A DNA stretch of 64,000 nt from Anaerovorax odorimutans (GCA_016841185.1 JAENZQ010000001.1:10364-74363); one strand, 5' to 3'. Positions 1 to 8,048 are shown, counted from the first letter of the stretch. A program made the numbers and translations. The notes: generated from the letters alone by a model not told the origin.

Positions 1-263
1 ACAATCCTGCCGTTTTCCTTTTTCTGAGTCCGGATGCTCCCGTCGCTCATGAATTTCCATATCCGTCCATCCGGTGCAATAACCTTTTGGGTATCGTAAT
101 AATCTCCGCTGGATTCAACCCTCCCTCCAAGAAAAGCTGCTGCAGTTTTTGCCGCTTGTTTTCTTGTAATCCCCGTCAATTCTACCTCGATTCCAAATCT
201 CGTTGTAAGCATTGCGCTTTTTCCTCGCTTTCTCTGTGTTTTTTGCCCTTTGGCAGTGTACAT
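1..263 (-). CDS. Amidoligase-like protein, N-terminal part only (gene runs off the left edge)
   Basis: My own minus-strand translation from ATG at 263 (alternative ATG at 212): MYTAKGQKTQRKRGKSAMLTTRFGIEVELTGITRKQAAKTAAAFLGGRVESSGDYYDTQKVIAPDGRIWKFMSDGSI. The FGIEVE..G motif and following pattern resemble the Amidoligase_2 family common in Firmicutes mobile elements. Not in the ORF track because it is incomplete. Confidence 0.45.
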   Translation of the reverse strand, partial: MYTAKGQKTQRKRGKSAMLTTRFGIEVELTGITRKQAAKTAAAFLGGRVESSGDYYDTQKVIAPDGRIWKFMSDGSIRTQKKENGRI

Positions 264-353
264 TAGGCCATTGAAAACACAGGATAGCAAGGCAATTCTG
301 CGTGAGTTTTCACTGGATTTTGAACAATTTTACACATCTTGAATTGTGTACAT

Positions 354-584
354 TTACAGCTTTCTGATCACATCTATACCATAGGCTACACCCAAAGAAG
401 AACCGCAGTCCCAGTTGATATGAACAGTTCCGATATCATCCACGAAAGATACTGTTCCTTGGTCTCCCGGTTTCAGCTTAGAATACGGATCATCCATGCA
501 GATAAGCTCAACACGTGTTCCCGGCGGATACTGCTCTTTAATGCGAAGGACTGTTTCTTTTGAAGGGAAGCCTCTTGCACTCAT
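354..584 (-). CDS. DUF4314-like small protein
   Basis: 76-aa ORF (..PPGTRVELICMDDPYSKLKPGDQGTVSFVDDIGTVHINWDCGSSLGV..) matches my memory of the DUF4314 family seen in Clostridial ICEs/phages. Its ATG overlaps the upstream stop (ATGA). Confidence 0.55.
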   Translation of the reverse strand: MSARGFPSKETVLRIKEQYPPGTRVELICMDDPYSKLKPGDQGTVSFVDDIGTVHINWDCGSSLGVAYGIDVIRKL

Positions 585-916
585 AGTTCGTCCTCCTCTC
601 CAGGATAATATGCGGCATACTTTGGGTAATCTCTACCATCCGGCATTACCAACACTCCATCAGACCGTCCCCGCTGCTTAACCAGCAGGCAACGCCACAC
701 TCCATCCTCATTAACGTGACAAAGCCCTTTATTTTCCTCAATGAAAATGCGATCAACACATAGGTCGGCAACGAAGTTATCATAATCAATCTTTGATAGC
801 TCGATAGTTTTTACAACTACAAATCGTTTCCTCGTCTCATACCGATGCGGCACTTTTAAATCCTCTATTATAAACGGATGCTTGACAAAGAAGGCGGTGC
901 TATGAAAATCATTCAT
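581..916 (-). CDS. Hypothetical protein (111 aa from ATG at 916)
   Basis: ORF 581-1009 trimmed to the internal ATG at 916, which removes the 100-nt overlap with the upstream gene. No family recognised. Confidence 0.4.
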   Translation of the reverse strand: MNDFHSTAFFVKHPFIIEDLKVPHRYETRKRFVVVKTIELSKIDYDNFVADLCVDRIFIEENKGLCHVNEDGVWRCLLVKQRGRSDGVLVMPDGRDYPKYAAYYPGEEDEL

Positions 917-1601
917 TTTCGTCCACCGCCTTTGCTCTGCCTTTCCGATACGCCCCGTTACCGGACAGCCTTGAAAGTAACACCTTGCGTTCAGTTTTGA
1001 AGTTATCACCTATAAACCCCAACCTAAGCAGGAAACAGCGAAAAGCATATTTTTCATTATCTGTTGGTTTTTCTTTTCGTAGTACTCGCTTCTGTAATTT
1101 TGCCTGTTCTGCCATCTGCTTTGCCAGCGTTATATAGGTCTGCACTTCATCAGCATTTAAAGTCGCGTTCCAGAAAGGGAAGGAAATCTCATCATTTTCA
1201 GCTAAGACTACAAGTTCCCCCTCAATCAACATTGCCTTCTTTATCAATGTCTCTTTGCTGGCCAGCATATTATTTAGGTTTTCAAGGCTAATCGCGCTAA
1301 AGCCCTCCAACGAAAGAGTAATTGTCATGGTCCCCTCTGCTGAAAAGCCCTCCACATTCAACGTGTCAATAACTGAACGGATGGTTTTTATTTCATTGAG
1401 ACTGATTTTCGGTGAGTGAACCACACTGTCCCTGTCAATCGTCCAACTGCCAGCAGATTTTTCGTCTTTAATCTCATACAAAAACTCCGGTGCTCCGGCA
1501 TAGCGCACCTGGCCTTCAAGGGCTTCAGCTATGACCGAGGCAATGGCTTTTCTCTCCTGACCGACAATCTTCTGTGAAAAGCGAAAGCTGTTATTGCTCA
1601 T
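909..1601 (-). CDS. Hypothetical mobile-element protein (230 aa)
   Basis: ORF 909-1610 trimmed to ATG at 1601, which has a GGAGG 8 nt upstream. The C-terminal ..FRCFLLRLGFIGDNFKTERKVLL.. looks familiar from ICE/phage accessory proteins, but I cannot name a family. Confidence 0.5.
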   Translation of the reverse strand: MSNNSFRFSQKIVGQERKAIASVIAEALEGQVRYAGAPEFLYEIKDEKSAGSWTIDRDSVVHSPKISLNEIKTIRSVIDTLNVEGFSAEGTMTITLSLEGFSAISLENLNNMLASKETLIKKAMLIEGELVVLAENDEISFPFWNATLNADEVQTYITLAKQMAEQAKLQKRVLRKEKPTDNEKYAFRCFLLRLGFIGDNFKTERKVLLSRLSGNGAYRKGRAKAVDENE

Positions 1602-1717
1602 GCCATACACCTCCCCTCAAATAAGCTAAAACATTTTTGATTCCCATAAAAAATCCCACCTTTCCTTTTTGGTGGAGTACATTAACGCTCTGTTTTGAGG
1701 GGAAAGCAAGGACATTT

Positions 1718-2971
1718 TTAATCAATCTGTGTTTCCGCGTAAGGTATTTTTTCACTACCTGTTACCAAGAATACTGAATCTGCGCCAAATTGTGAAACAT
1801 AGCGCTTTACAATCACATCGCAGTATTTCGAGTCAAGCTCCATCATAAAACAAACCCGCCCGGTCTGCTGTGCCGCAATCATTGTCGTACCAGAACCACC
1901 GAACAGGTCAAGAGTTAAATCTCCAATATGGGAACTATTGAGCATTGCCTTTGCTACAAGCGATACCGGCTTCATGGTAGGGTGTTCCTCCGATACTTTA
2001 GGACGGGGTATCTCCCAAACATCTGACTGTTTACGGTCTTTAAGCGGGCAAAGTCGTGTTCCTTCAAGCCAACCATACCAGATCGGCTCGTACTGGGTAT
2101 GATAGTCCTTTCTTGATAGTACCAAGCTGTCTTTTTTCCATATAATTGTACTCGACCAGTGATACCCTACCTCCCGCATGACGTTCATCAAACTGCCCCA
2201 TTCCTGAGCACTCATTACTACATAGGTCATGCATCCGGCTTCGGAAACCTCTTTCATGCATTTAAAAGCGCGCAATAAAAAAGCGCCGAATTCTTCGGTG
2301 CTCATATTGTCATTTAGAATTTGTCTTGGCTTCCAGCTTGGATGCCTGGTATCTGAACCGTAATCAACATTCCAGGGTGGGTCGGTGAAAGCAAATCTCG
2401 CCTTTTGTCCGTTCATCAGCTTTTGCACATCTGAAAGCATGGTGCTATCACCGCACATCAGACGGTGGCTGCCAAGTACCCATATGTCGCCCTTTTTGGT
2501 AACCGGAATTTTAATCTCTGCAATTGCCTTTTCTGTATCGAAATTATCCTCTTTGACATTAGCGGTTGATTTATCACGGAACAACTCATCAATTTCCGCA
2601 GCATCAAACCCGGTAAGAGAAACGTCAAAACCATCTTCATTTAAATCCATAAGCAGATCGGTCAAAAGCGGAATATCAAACTCGCCACTGATTTTATTCA
2701 GTGCAACATTGAGCGCCTTTTCCCGCTGTTCATCCAAATCAACTACAACACAGTCGATCTCCTTATACCCCAAAGCTGTAAGTACTTTATAACGCTGATG
2801 TCCGCCGACAATATTCCCGGTGCGTTTATTCCATATGACCGGCTCTACATATCCAAACTCTTCAATGGATCGGCGGAGTTTCTCGTATTCAGGATCGCCC
2901 GGTTTTAAGTCCTTCCGCGGGTTATATTTCGAAGGTTTTAATTTTTCTGCTGGTATTTTCAGTATATCCAT
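1718..2971 (-). CDS. ParB-like N-terminal domain fused to beta-class DNA methyltransferase (DPPW motif, probably N6-adenine)
   Basis: N-terminal ParB/Srx-like region with GGHQR. Catalytic motif IV FTDPPW and C-terminal motif I LDLFGGSGTT (order IV then I = beta class). Confidence 0.85.
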   Translation of the reverse strand: MDILKIPAEKLKPSKYNPRKDLKPGDPEYEKLRRSIEEFGYVEPVIWNKRTGNIVGGHQRYKVLTALGYKEIDCVVVDLDEQREKALNVALNKISGEFDIPLLTDLLMDLNEDGFDVSLTGFDAAEIDELFRDKSTANVKEDNFDTEKAIAEIKIPVTKKGDIWVLGSHRLMCGDSTMLSDVQKLMNGQKARFAFTDPPWNVDYGSDTRHPSWKPRQILNDNMSTEEFGAFLLRAFKCMKEVSEAGCMTYVVMSAQEWGSLMNVMREVGYHWSSTIIWKKDSLVLSRKDYHTQYEPIWYGWLEGTRLCPLKDRKQSDVWEIPRPKVSEEHPTMKPVSLVAKAMLNSSHIGDLTLDLFGGSGTTMIAAQQTGRVCFMMELDSKYCDVIVKRYVSQFGADSVFLVTGSEKIPYAETQID

Positions 2972-2976
2972 AAATC

Positions 2977-4275
2977 TTAACCCTCCAGTTTGACGGCTTT
3001 TTCGCCGGTGAATTCCTCCCAGCGCTTAACAGCTAAATCACAGTAAACAGGGGATAACTCCATTGCGTAGCATTTACGCTCGGTCTGTTCAGCCGCAATT
3101 ATAGTGGTGCCGCTGCCTGAAAACGGCTCAAGCACAATGCCGCCTTTGTCGCTGTGCATTTTGATGCACCGCCATGGAAGCTCTACAGGGAACATTGCAG
3201 GATGCTCCTTGTTTGCCCGGACAGTGGTCATCTCCCATATCCCAGCATAGCCCCATTTCTTGCGTTCTTCCTTTGTAAGCCGTTTCACAAATTTATAACT
3301 GTGTCCCGCAAAGGCTGAAAGCCATACATATTCCTGATCGTTATATTCCTCAGTCTCTCCTTTATTGCTGAAGGCTGAAATATACTCATATTGCTGAACC
3401 GGCTTGTTTGAAACAAGATGATAAGGTCCTACGCCGAAATTTTGCCCTTGTTTCTTCCAAATGCGGATCCAGATAGGGCGGTAACCGTTGGCCAAAAACA
3501 TATTCACACTGTAAACACTGGTGGGTTCAATAAACTGAGAGCCGGTGGCATAGAGATCACCTAAGTTCCAGCAGACAATATCTACATACCTGCACAAGTT
3601 TCTAATCACTGGGCGTACTGTCTCGAACCATGGTTCAATCCCGGCCTTTTCATATTCTTTGCCTACCCCATATGGAGGGGAAGTCACTGCCATCTGTGCG
3701 TGACACCCTTCCATCAACTTCTCAAAATCCTCATCCTTAGTAGAGTCGCCGCACATCAAGCGATGATTCCCGAGAAGCCAGATATCGCCCCGCTTTGATA
3801 TTGGTTCGCGCTGAATAATTTCATCATGCGCCTTGTCTATGTCAAAGCTGTCCTGCACCGCTTCCTTGGAGTACCAGCGGTTGAGCAGCTCGTCAATTTC
3901 AGAAGCGTCAAACCCTGTAAGCGAAACATCAAATGCACCTGCGTCCAACTCAGCCATCAGTTCAGCCAGTTTATTCTCGTCCCACTCTCCCTGAATCTTA
4001 TTAAGAGCAAGATTAAGCGCTTTTTCTCTCTGCGGGTCAAGATCCACTACAACGCAGTCTATCTCAGTCTGTCCCAAGTCCAGCAAAACCTTTAAGCGTT
4101 GATGCCCGCCTACCACATTACCTGTTTTTTGGTTCCAGATAACAGGCTCCACATAGCCAAATTCCTCTATTGACCGTTTTAGCTTTTCATATTCCTTATC
4201 GCCAGGTTTTAAATTCTTGCGTGGGTTGTATGCTGCTGGATTAAGTTTTTCAACAGATATTTTTTGTATGTTCAT
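2977..4275 (-). CDS. ParB-like N-terminal domain fused to beta-class DNA methyltransferase (SPPY motif, N4-C or N6-A)
   Basis: N-terminal region highly similar to the neighbouring paralogue (GGHQR). Motif IV TSPPYG and motif I LEPFSGSGTT. Confidence 0.85.
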   Translation of the reverse strand: MNIQKISVEKLNPAAYNPRKNLKPGDKEYEKLKRSIEEFGYVEPVIWNQKTGNVVGGHQRLKVLLDLGQTEIDCVVVDLDPQREKALNLALNKIQGEWDENKLAELMAELDAGAFDVSLTGFDASEIDELLNRWYSKEAVQDSFDIDKAHDEIIQREPISKRGDIWLLGNHRLMCGDSTKDEDFEKLMEGCHAQMAVTSPPYGVGKEYEKAGIEPWFETVRPVIRNLCRYVDIVCWNLGDLYATGSQFIEPTSVYSVNMFLANGYRPIWIRIWKKQGQNFGVGPYHLVSNKPVQQYEYISAFSNKGETEEYNDQEYVWLSAFAGHSYKFVKRLTKEERKKWGYAGIWEMTTVRANKEHPAMFPVELPWRCIKMHSDKGGIVLEPFSGSGTTIIAAEQTERKCYAMELSPVYCDLAVKRWEEFTGEKAVKLEG

Positions 4276-4432
4276 CTTGCATTCTCCTGTTCAATATTTT
4301 CTTAAGACCCTTTTTAGCACCCTCACAATCTCCGTTTATTACTTGTCCCCGCAGAGTCTTAAACTGCTGCTTCGTTAAATGGTCTTCATATTTTCTTAGT
4401 TCCCTAAGAAAGATTGAATTTGCTTTATGCAT
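4250..4432 (-). CDS. Small hypothetical protein (60 aa)
   Basis: Internal ATG at 4432 of ORF 4250-4543, preceded by AGGAGG and overlapping the terminase stop (TGATG). The longer 97-aa version would overlap the terminase gene by about 110 nt. Confidence 0.35.
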   Translation of the reverse strand: MHKANSIFLRELRKYEDHLTKQQFKTLRGQVINGDCEGAKKGLKKILNRRMQDEHTKNIC

Positions 4433-4983
4433 CAGCCACCCCTCCTGGCTGTCAGTAGTTTTTCCATCACATCGTCGTGGGGAGTGGCCCCCTTGTATTC
4501 GGTAGCACAGTTTTCCCGCACGACTTGATAAATTTGATACCACAGGTTATTGGCCTGTTTCATGAAGCTTTGACTCATAGCCACATAAGGTGACGGGATG
4601 GCATTGCCAGTTGTCGGATGCTTAGCAAGAAAGCCAAATTCAGTGATACATTCCTCGCACTGGATCCACCGCGCCACACTCTGGGCATATTGCTCTATAA
4701 GCTGCGCAGGGATAAGGTGAACACACCTGCGTTCCTTAAGCCACTGCCATGTTTTTTCGTATATTTCCACCGCCAGTGTTGTTTTTCCGTTCTTCTGCTT
4801 TGCAGCAAGATAATCCCTCGGTAGCGGCATGCTCTCGCCTTCCAGTTCCTCAGCATCCGTAAACTCCATTACCATGAGCTTTCGTCTGCCGGGATTTCCT
4901 TCCAAAATCTTATCCGCCAGAGGCTTTTTCTTCTGTCCTGCACCGATACGTGCCCCGCCGCGGTTGGTACCGTCCTTTGCCAT
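4432..4983 (-). CDS. Phage terminase small subunit, P27 family
   Basis: N-terminus ..GGARIGAGQKKKPLADKILEGNPGRRKL.. is typical of P27-family small terminases. It lies directly downstream of an HNH gene. Start set to ATG at 4983 (GAGGTG 6 nt upstream); 4989 or 4992 are also possible. Confidence 0.75.
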   Translation of the reverse strand: MAKDGTNRGGARIGAGQKKKPLADKILEGNPGRRKLMVMEFTDAEELEGESMPLPRDYLAAKQKNGKTTLAVEIYEKTWQWLKERRCVHLIPAQLIEQYAQSVARWIQCEECITEFGFLAKHPTTGNAIPSPYVAMSQSFMKQANNLWYQIYQVVRENCATEYKGATPHDDVMEKLLTARRGG

Positions 4984-5103
4984 ACACATCACCTCGATTC
5001 ATGTAAAAATAAACAGGGGATATACCCCGTTTGAAACTGCGATTTTTCGCGCGTGACCCCCCGCCCGTTGCACGAAACATATCCACCGGAGATTTTGACC
5101 CCC

Positions 5104-5463
5104 CTACCGTCTTGCCCATCGCTCTCCTTCACGAGCAGTGATCGAAGAGTGGCATCTCGTACACAGGCTCATGAGGTTGCCGTCCTCGTTGGTTCCGCCT
5201 TTGGATAAAGGGATAATATGATGCACCTCTTCGGCCGGAGTGAGCCTTCCGGCCTTTTGACATTCCTCGCAAAGCGGATGCTCTGAGATATATCTGTCCC
5301 TGATGCGTTTCCATCTCCGGCCATAGCGTTTTCTTGTTTGGGGATCTCGTTCGTATTTGTTGTAATAAGCATCCATTTGCCTTTGATGCATGTCACAGTA
5401 CCTTCCGTCCGTCAGTTCAGGACAGCCAGGAAAGGAGCAAGTCCTTTTTGGTTTTCTTGGCAT
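5104..5463 (-). CDS. Phage HNH endonuclease (terminase-associated type)
   Basis: Cys-rich N-terminus (CSFPGCP..YCDMH) and HNH core (CEECQK..EVHHIIPLSKGG..NLMSLCTRCH). RBS GGAGG upstream. Confidence 0.85.
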   Translation of the reverse strand: MPRKPKRTCSFPGCPELTDGRYCDMHQRQMDAYYNKYERDPQTRKRYGRRWKRIRDRYISEHPLCEECQKAGRLTPAEEVHHIIPLSKGGTNEDGNLMSLCTRCHSSITAREGERWARR

Positions 5464-5486
5464 CTGGCCACCTCCTTTACAGGTAT

Positions 5487-5522
5487 AAAAAAAGCCCTCA
5501 CAGGTTCATCCCATGAAGGCTT
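5487..5522 (-). terminator. Intrinsic terminator-like hairpin plus U-run located between a promoter-like element and the HNH RBS
   Basis: Minus-strand RNA: AAGCCUUCA-13 nt loop-UGAGGGCUU followed by UUUUUUU. The single non-Watson-Crick position is a U-G wobble on the minus strand but a C-A mismatch on the plus strand. Confidence 0.5.
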
Positions 5523-5544
5523 ATCCATAACTTTTCACAATACC

Positions 5545-5589
5545 ATTATATTTGGTTTTTTACTGAATTTCATCTCATAAAAATCTCAT
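5545..5589 (-). promoter_or_regulatory. Promoter-like TATAAT with a conserved 19-nt direct-repeat element (ATGAGAT-TTTT-ATGAGAT-G) exactly 20 nt upstream
   Basis: Minus-strand TATAAT = plus 5545-5550. 19-mer = plus 5571-5589. An identical 19-mer with identical spacing recurs at 5932-5950/5906-5911. Confidence 0.45.
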
Positions 5590-5597
5590 CTGGAATA

Positions 5598-5828
5598 CTA
5601 AACAGAACATTTACTTTTTGCCCATGGCATCCTGCCGTTATAATACTTATCGGAGATATACCGCTGCATATCGGGTGGTAAAGCTGCAAGCAAAAGATAA
5701 GCCTTTTTTCTATCTTCCTCTAACTCTTGGGTGCTTTTATAGAAGGAACATTTATCTTGCTGACACTTGTGTACAGTCAGGATATTACAGCCATTCCTTC
5801 CGTTACTGCCAAAACAATTATCGTACAT
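5598..5828 (-). CDS. Small cysteine-rich protein (possibly Cys-rich VLP-like)
   Basis: 76-aa ORF with several Cys (CFGSNGRNGCN..HKCQQDKCSFYKS) and RBS GGAGTGAGG. The family assignment is from memory only. Confidence 0.5.
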   Translation of the reverse strand: MYDNCFGSNGRNGCNILTVHKCQQDKCSFYKSTQELEEDRKKAYLLLAALPPDMQRYISDKYYNGRMPWAKSKCSV

Positions 5829-5854
5829 CTTTCCTCACTCCTGTTTTATTGCAT

Positions 5855-5874
5855 AAAAAAGCCCCGAAGGGCTT
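5855..5874 (-). terminator. Intrinsic terminator-like hairpin (AAGCCC-UUCG-GGGCUU + U-run) between a promoter-like element and the RBS of the 76-aa gene
   Basis: Perfect 6-bp GC-rich stem with a UUCG loop, followed on the minus strand by UUUUUU. Confidence 0.55.
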
Positions 5875-5905
5875 ATGCGTTTTAATGTCATTTTTTCACG
5901 ATATC

Positions 5906-5950
5906 ATTATATATGGGATACCTGTGTTTTACATCTCATAAAAATCTCAT
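5906..5950 (-). promoter_or_regulatory. Second copy of TATAAT plus the 19-nt ATGAGAT direct-repeat element (same 20-nt spacing)
   Basis: Minus-strand TATAAT = plus 5906-5911. 19-mer = plus 5932-5950, identical to 5571-5589. Confidence 0.45.
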
Positions 5951-6025
5951 GCATAATTGACTTCTTTCTATGCACACTATAAAATATTTATATAATCAAA
6001 TTCTTTGAAAGCATTTCGCAAAGTA

Positions 6026-6057
6026 TTGACAAATCATGTGCCATGGTGTAATATAAT
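6026..6057 (+). promoter_or_regulatory. Sigma-70-type promoter for the Abi gene
   Basis: TTGACA at 6026-6031, 17-nt spacer, TAATAT at 6049-6054 (overlapping TATAAT at 6052-6057), about 75 nt upstream of the ATG. Confidence 0.5.
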
Positions 6058-6129
6058 ACTAACAAATCCCACAGGCCTCTGTCGTTGACATGCACACTTA
6101 GTGGGCTTTTTGCATTTAAGGAGAAAAAT

Positions 6130-7047
6130 ATGGATACCGTAAAACCATTCTTATCAATTGATGATCAGATAAAGTTATTGAAAAAGAGGAAACTGACTAT
6201 TAACGATGATCAATATGAAAAAGCGAAAGAGTTTCTGTTAAACAACAACTATTATCGAATAAGCGGATACTCTTTAACGCTACGTCAAAACGATACTTTT
6301 TTTGAGAGTGCTTCATTAGAAACATTGATACAAATATATGAAGCCGATCGACGTATGCGACATATAATGTTATCGGTTATTGAAGCAGTTGAAGTTCGAA
6401 TAAAATCAATGATTGCTTACTTCCATAGCGAAAAATATGGCCCTTTAGGTTATCTAGATATAAATAATTTCTGCTGTACTAATAACGGTAAAATCGATCT
6501 ACCGATAATTGAAAATTACCTTTACATAGCGAGAAAAGCTGATAATCAAAAAAATGCAATGACTGAATCAGAATTGTTTCTAAAACATCATAAAGAAAAT
6601 AAAAATGATATTCTACCATTTTGGGTTTATGTCGAGGTTCTCACTATATCTGATGCCTCTAAACTATATACGATTTTAGACGAAGAATTGCGAAAAACTA
6701 TAGCTCTCCATTTGGGCTTTACATCGAATAATAGACATAAGATAGTTGAAAATTTATTACATTGTATTACCATTCTGAGAAATATTTGTGCGCACGGTGG
6801 ACGCTTGTACAACCGTCTATTTACTAGAAAACCTTGGCTTTCAAAAAAGGAAAAAAACCTTCTCCGAGTCGAAAACGGTCATAAAGTTTACGATAAATTG
6901 TTTTCATACATATTAGTACTTAAATCAATCACTCTTCCTCAAGACTTTAAGCTTGTTGTTGAACACATAACTCAGATAAAAGAACAATATCCTTTGGTTG
7001 ACTTTAAGCATTATGGATTCCCCGAAAATTGGCAAGAAATACTGTAA
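6130..7047 (+). CDS. Abi_2 family abortive-infection protein (AbiD/AbiF-like)
   Basis: ATG at 6130 with AAGGAG 7 nt upstream; the track start at 6085 is a TTG. Sequence features typical of Abi_2: ..LNNNYYRISGY.., ..LRNICAHGGRLYNR... Opposite strand and visibly lower GC than the flanking phage genes. Confidence 0.8.
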   Translation: MDTVKPFLSIDDQIKLLKKRKLTINDDQYEKAKEFLLNNNYYRISGYSLTLRQNDTFFESASLETLIQIYEADRRMRHIMLSVIEAVEVRIKSMIAYFHSEKYGPLGYLDINNFCCTNNGKIDLPIIENYLYIARKADNQKNAMTESELFLKHHKENKNDILPFWVYVEVLTISDASKLYTILDEELRKTIALHLGFTSNNRHKIVENLLHCITILRNICAHGGRLYNRLFTRKPWLSKKEKNLLRVENGHKVYDKLFSYILVLKSITLPQDFKLVVEHITQIKEQYPLVDFKHYGFPENWQEIL

Positions 7048-7130
7048 TAAATTCATACTAACAAAGCATATTAATAAATAATAGATCCTACGAGCTTATT
7101 TTAAGCGCAATACAGTAGGCCATTAAAAAT

Positions 7131-7164
7131 ACCCACTTAGGTAGTTCGTTCTATCTAAGTGGGT
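7131..7164. terminator. Bidirectional terminator-like hairpin between the convergent Abi and regulator genes
   Basis: ACCCACTTAG-14 nt-CTAAGTGGGT (10-bp perfect stem), A-rich on the left and T-rich on the right. Confidence 0.5.
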
Positions 7165-7198
7165 TTCCTATTTAACATGCAGCTAATGTTATCTTAAA

Positions 7199-7654
7199 CT
7201 ACTTCCCGTATAAAAGCAGTGCCAGATGATTAAGTGCCTTGTCCTTCCTGCGGTACACCTGTGCTCTTTCAAGAAACAGCTTCTCTCCGATGTTTGCTAC
7301 AGCTTCTGTCTTGCTCACATCATTAACAAAAAATTCTGTCAGTATAAACTGTTCTTCCTCCGACAGGGCTTCCCAAGCAGGCTTGAACCACTCCATATAT
7401 TCTAATGCCCGTCTGTAACGTTCTTTCAACACATCAATCTCGTCAAGGCAAGCAGCAAGGCGTTCTTCGCCGCTTTTGGGATTGTGTTTGCCCGGAACTC
7501 CGGTATTCTTTGCACTATGAGGGCTTGTCATACGGGTTTCAATTTCATATATATCCTCATCACTGTGTTCGATAATGTACTGCATGCTGCTGTAATCTTT
7601 CAAAGCTTCAACAGCAGCCGCTTTTTTATCTAAATACTGCCATGCAATCAGCAT
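7199..7654 (-). CDS. Phage transcriptional regulator, sigma-70 region-4-like / RinA-ArpU-like
   Basis: Start set to ATG at 7654 (GGAGG upstream). The C-terminus ..LSEEEQFILTEFFVNDVSKTEAVANIGEKLFLERAQVYRRKDKALNHL.. has the pattern of a sigma region-4 HTH. Its position just upstream of the HNH/terminase genes is typical for late activators. Confidence 0.6.
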   Translation of the reverse strand: MLIAWQYLDKKAAAVEALKDYSSMQYIIEHSDEDIYEIETRMTSPHSAKNTGVPGKHNPKSGEERLAACLDEIDVLKERYRRALEYMEWFKPAWEALSEEEQFILTEFFVNDVSKTEAVANIGEKLFLERAQVYRRKDKALNHLALLLYGK

Positions 7655-7760
7655 ATCGCACCTCCAAAAAATCAAGATAAAAAACCTTGATCTTTGAAGC
7701 AGTGTGCTTTTTTGCGTTGCTTTGCAGTGCTTGTTTCCTTGTTCGTTATGTCTTCGTTCT

Positions 7761-8048
7761 TTATAGAAGGCCATGCTTTTCCAGAATAACCTTCACCTCA
7801 TCTACCGAATGGACAACCGCTGCCACTCCTCCTGCATTGAGGATTTTCCTTATAGTTGCTTCCTGCAGTTTTGTTGTCTTTCCCGATGGGGTTTTTATTT
7901 CAAAAGCTATAAACCGTCCATTTACACAGGCAATAATGTCTGGTATCCCCGCTGTCCCGTACATACCACCATGTTCCTTCCAACAGAAACACCCCGGTAC
8001 TGTCTTTAAGTACCGCAGTACTTTAGTCACAATACTTCTTTCAGACAT
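7761..8048 (-). CDS. VRR-NUC domain nuclease
   Basis: 95 aa. ..GIPDIIACVNGRFIAFEIKTPSGK..Q.. matches the PD..ExK core of VRR-NUC proteins. Confidence 0.8.
   Translation of the reverse strand: MSERSIVTKVLRYLKTVPGCFCWKEHGGMYGTAGIPDIIACVNGRFIAFEIKTPSGKTTKLQEATIRKILNAGGVAAVVHSVDEVKVILEKHGLL

Noticed and set aside
4250-4543. Full-length 97-aa ORF overlapping the 3' end of the small terminase gene by ~110 nt
   Set aside because: The internal ATG at 4432 has a strong RBS and the typical stop/start overlap. The upstream extension is read from the terminase antiframe and is probably spurious.
7655-7774. 40-residue N-terminal extension of the sigma/RinA-like regulator (track ORF 191 aa) overlapping the VRR-NUC gene end
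   Set aside because: GGAGG sits right before ATG at 7654. The extension is basic low-complexity sequence that overlaps the upstream gene.
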